From Callorhinchus milii (lineage: Eukaryota), in the NCBI RefSeq assembly GCF_018977255.1, contig NW_024704742.1, forward strand, positions 130,264,001 to 130,328,000: a stretch of DNA of 64,000 nucleotides. Reading direction: 5' to 3'. The stretch's first letter is position 1. Every line of letters begins with the position of its first letter. Position numbers and translations under genes: made by a program. The notes beneath the pieces were generated by a model. The model made no database searches and was not told the DNA's origin. It saw nothing but the letters and a program-made list of their open reading frames with translations. Positions 62,144 through 64,000 of the stretch are shown here, piece after piece.

Positions 62144-62512
62144 GGAGTCCTGTAGCTCAGTGGTTGGAGCACTCGCCTCGCAAGCGAGAGGGCCTGAGTT
62201 TGATTTCTGGGCAGGGCAAAACCATAGGCAAGTTTTCTTATCCACACGACTGTATTTATCTAGCAGTAGATAGGAACCTGTTTGTTAGTCGATTGGCAGA
62301 TCGCTTTCCGGAGGTAATAATCCCTTCAAAAAAATAATCCTGATTTGGTCACTCAATCCACTGTTTGTGGGACATTACTGTGTGCAATTGGCTGCCATAT
62401 TTCACCCACAAAATACACAGTCATTTCACTTTACTGTATATTCTGTGAAGCGCTTAGACACCTCAACAACGTGATAAGGCGCTATATCAAATGCAACGAT
62501 TATTATTATTAT
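62144..62512 (+). mobile_element. SINE family A long form
   Basis: ggagtcctgtagctcagtggttggagcactcgcctcgcaagcgag head, extra segment, core, tail. Confidence 0.85.
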
Positions 62513-62750
62513 TTCTCCTGCTTCCATTAGCTGAAACCATTTAATGACTCATTGAACAAGTGCAATTGTGTAACCCCACACAAAGTATGAGTATAAGCAT
62601 GAGCTTATATGAGCTGCAGGGGGATCTTAGCACTGGAGAGGGAACCTCAAAGGGTAACTGAACTTACAGATGGAATTGGGACATCCGAAATATGCAGAGA
62701 AATTACTGAAGGTGGGGCCTTTCATTTTGGATTATAATGACTATAGCAAA

Positions 62751-62930
62751 CGGCAAAATAATGCAGATACTGGAAATCTGAAATAAAAAACGAATTCGCT
62801 GGGAACACTCAGCAGGTCAAGCAGCATCTATGGAGAGAGGAAAGTGAATGAATGTTCTGATGATAGGTCATTGACCTGAAACATTAACTCACTTTCCTCT
62901 CTTCATAGATGCTGCCTTCTGTTTTTATTA
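62751..62930 (+). mobile_element. Penelope-like palindromic terminal repeat containing a hammerhead-like motif
   Basis: Inverted arms 62821..62856 and 62880..62915; CTGATGA-stem-GAAA core between them. Confidence 0.6.
62854..62890 (+). ncRNA. Minimal type-I hammerhead ribozyme motif (decayed)
   Basis: GTT CTGATGA T AGGTC att GACCT GAAA CATT AAC(TC); the stem III palindrome ACGT is mutated to ACAT. Confidence 0.55.
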
Positions 62931-64000
62931 CATCGATATGGCGCCTTTCATGTCAGAAGGACTTCAAAAGGGGCTGGACCATCAAGGGTTTGCACCCGAG
63001 CTGGGGGTTGAAATCAAGAGGGGTGGAGGGGAGGGGGAGTGGGGGTAGAAGGATGGCTGAAGGTCTGGTCAAAGAGGAGGAAGGTCTTGAAGAAGAGAAG
63101 GATCAGGAGGGATCTTACTGAAGTATTTAAGATGCTAAGGGTACAAGTGAACTGAGCTTGGTAATAAATCTAACAGTTACATATTCAACAACAAAAAGAT
63201 ATGGAATGAGGAAATCAGCCAGGGATTTAGCTCCTGATGATTGTCCAATGCTGGAAAGTGTAAGTGTTGATATTGGCCACAGTTCTCAGCTGCGATTTTA
63301 GGTGGATGCCCACGCTCACTGTGTTTAGGCTCACACATGAGGAACGCTTGCTTGGAAGAGGCAGCAGAGGTGACGGACACCCTGCGGAAGTTTACAGCAT
63401 CGTGAGTTAGCACCTTCGAGAGAGGACGGGGAGAAAACTGGAGAGGAGAGAAAGCTGTGTTGTGTTACTCTCAGCAAGAGCTGCACACTGGCACAAAACA
63501 AAACAGTCTGCCCAACCCTTCTACCCCCACATTTTTATTATATTTATATATCTAATATATTTAAGGATGATGTCTCAAAGTGCTTCATAGGACATGTTAT
63601 AGAGTGGTGATTGATTTGTGGGAGAGCGCAGTAGAACATTTGCACACAGCAATATCTGTCAAAATAGCCATGAAGTGAATGACAAATTTTATTTGGGGGG
63701 ATTCGCTGGCCAGGACATCAGGAGAAAACCTGTCTTTTCTTTTCAAATAGTTTGTGTATGATAGTTCCACCTGAACAAATTCAACATCAACATTTTACAC
63801 TTATGCCGTGCCTTTCATGTCTGGACATCATGTCAAAGTGCTTCATAGAGACTGAGTGGGAGCTCAAGCAGGAAAGTCGGGGAGGGGGAGGGGAGAAAAG
63901 AGTAGGAGGGAAGTGGCAAAAAGTCATGAATAAAATTCATAAAAGTCAGTAGGTTTCCCATCGTTGAATATGGCAGCAGCAGAAATACTTACATCAGACA

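Noticed and set aside
1..64000. CRISPR arrays, operons or prokaryotic defence systems
   Set aside because: The sequence is spliced vertebrate DNA; there is no regularly spaced repeat-spacer array

Overview
Repeat-rich vertebrate genomic DNA, not microbial. The mix of DeuSINE-type tRNA-SINEs, L2 and CR1 LINE fragments and Penelope-like termini suggests a cartilaginous fish, possibly a chimaera (inference). The whole window lies inside one minus-strand gene of the PDZD2/IL16 family. I reconstructed 21 consecutive GT-AG coding exons between 62048 and 578 with matching splice phases (7622 nt, about 2540 codons), including a 3886-nt exon. The first coding exon(s) lie beyond the right edge and the last PDZ domain beyond the left edge. 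Notable points: an apparently intact extra PDZ domain where human PDZD2, as I recall it, has only a degenerate remnant; mixed PDZD2/IL16 residues that may mark a third paralog; two decayed minimal hammerhead-ribozyme motifs in Penelope-like termini; a 62-bp inverted templated insertion inside a SINE; and inverted repeat pairs flanking in-frame exon blocks. I found no evidence of a wholly new biological system. All protein and repeat comparisons are from memory, not database searches.
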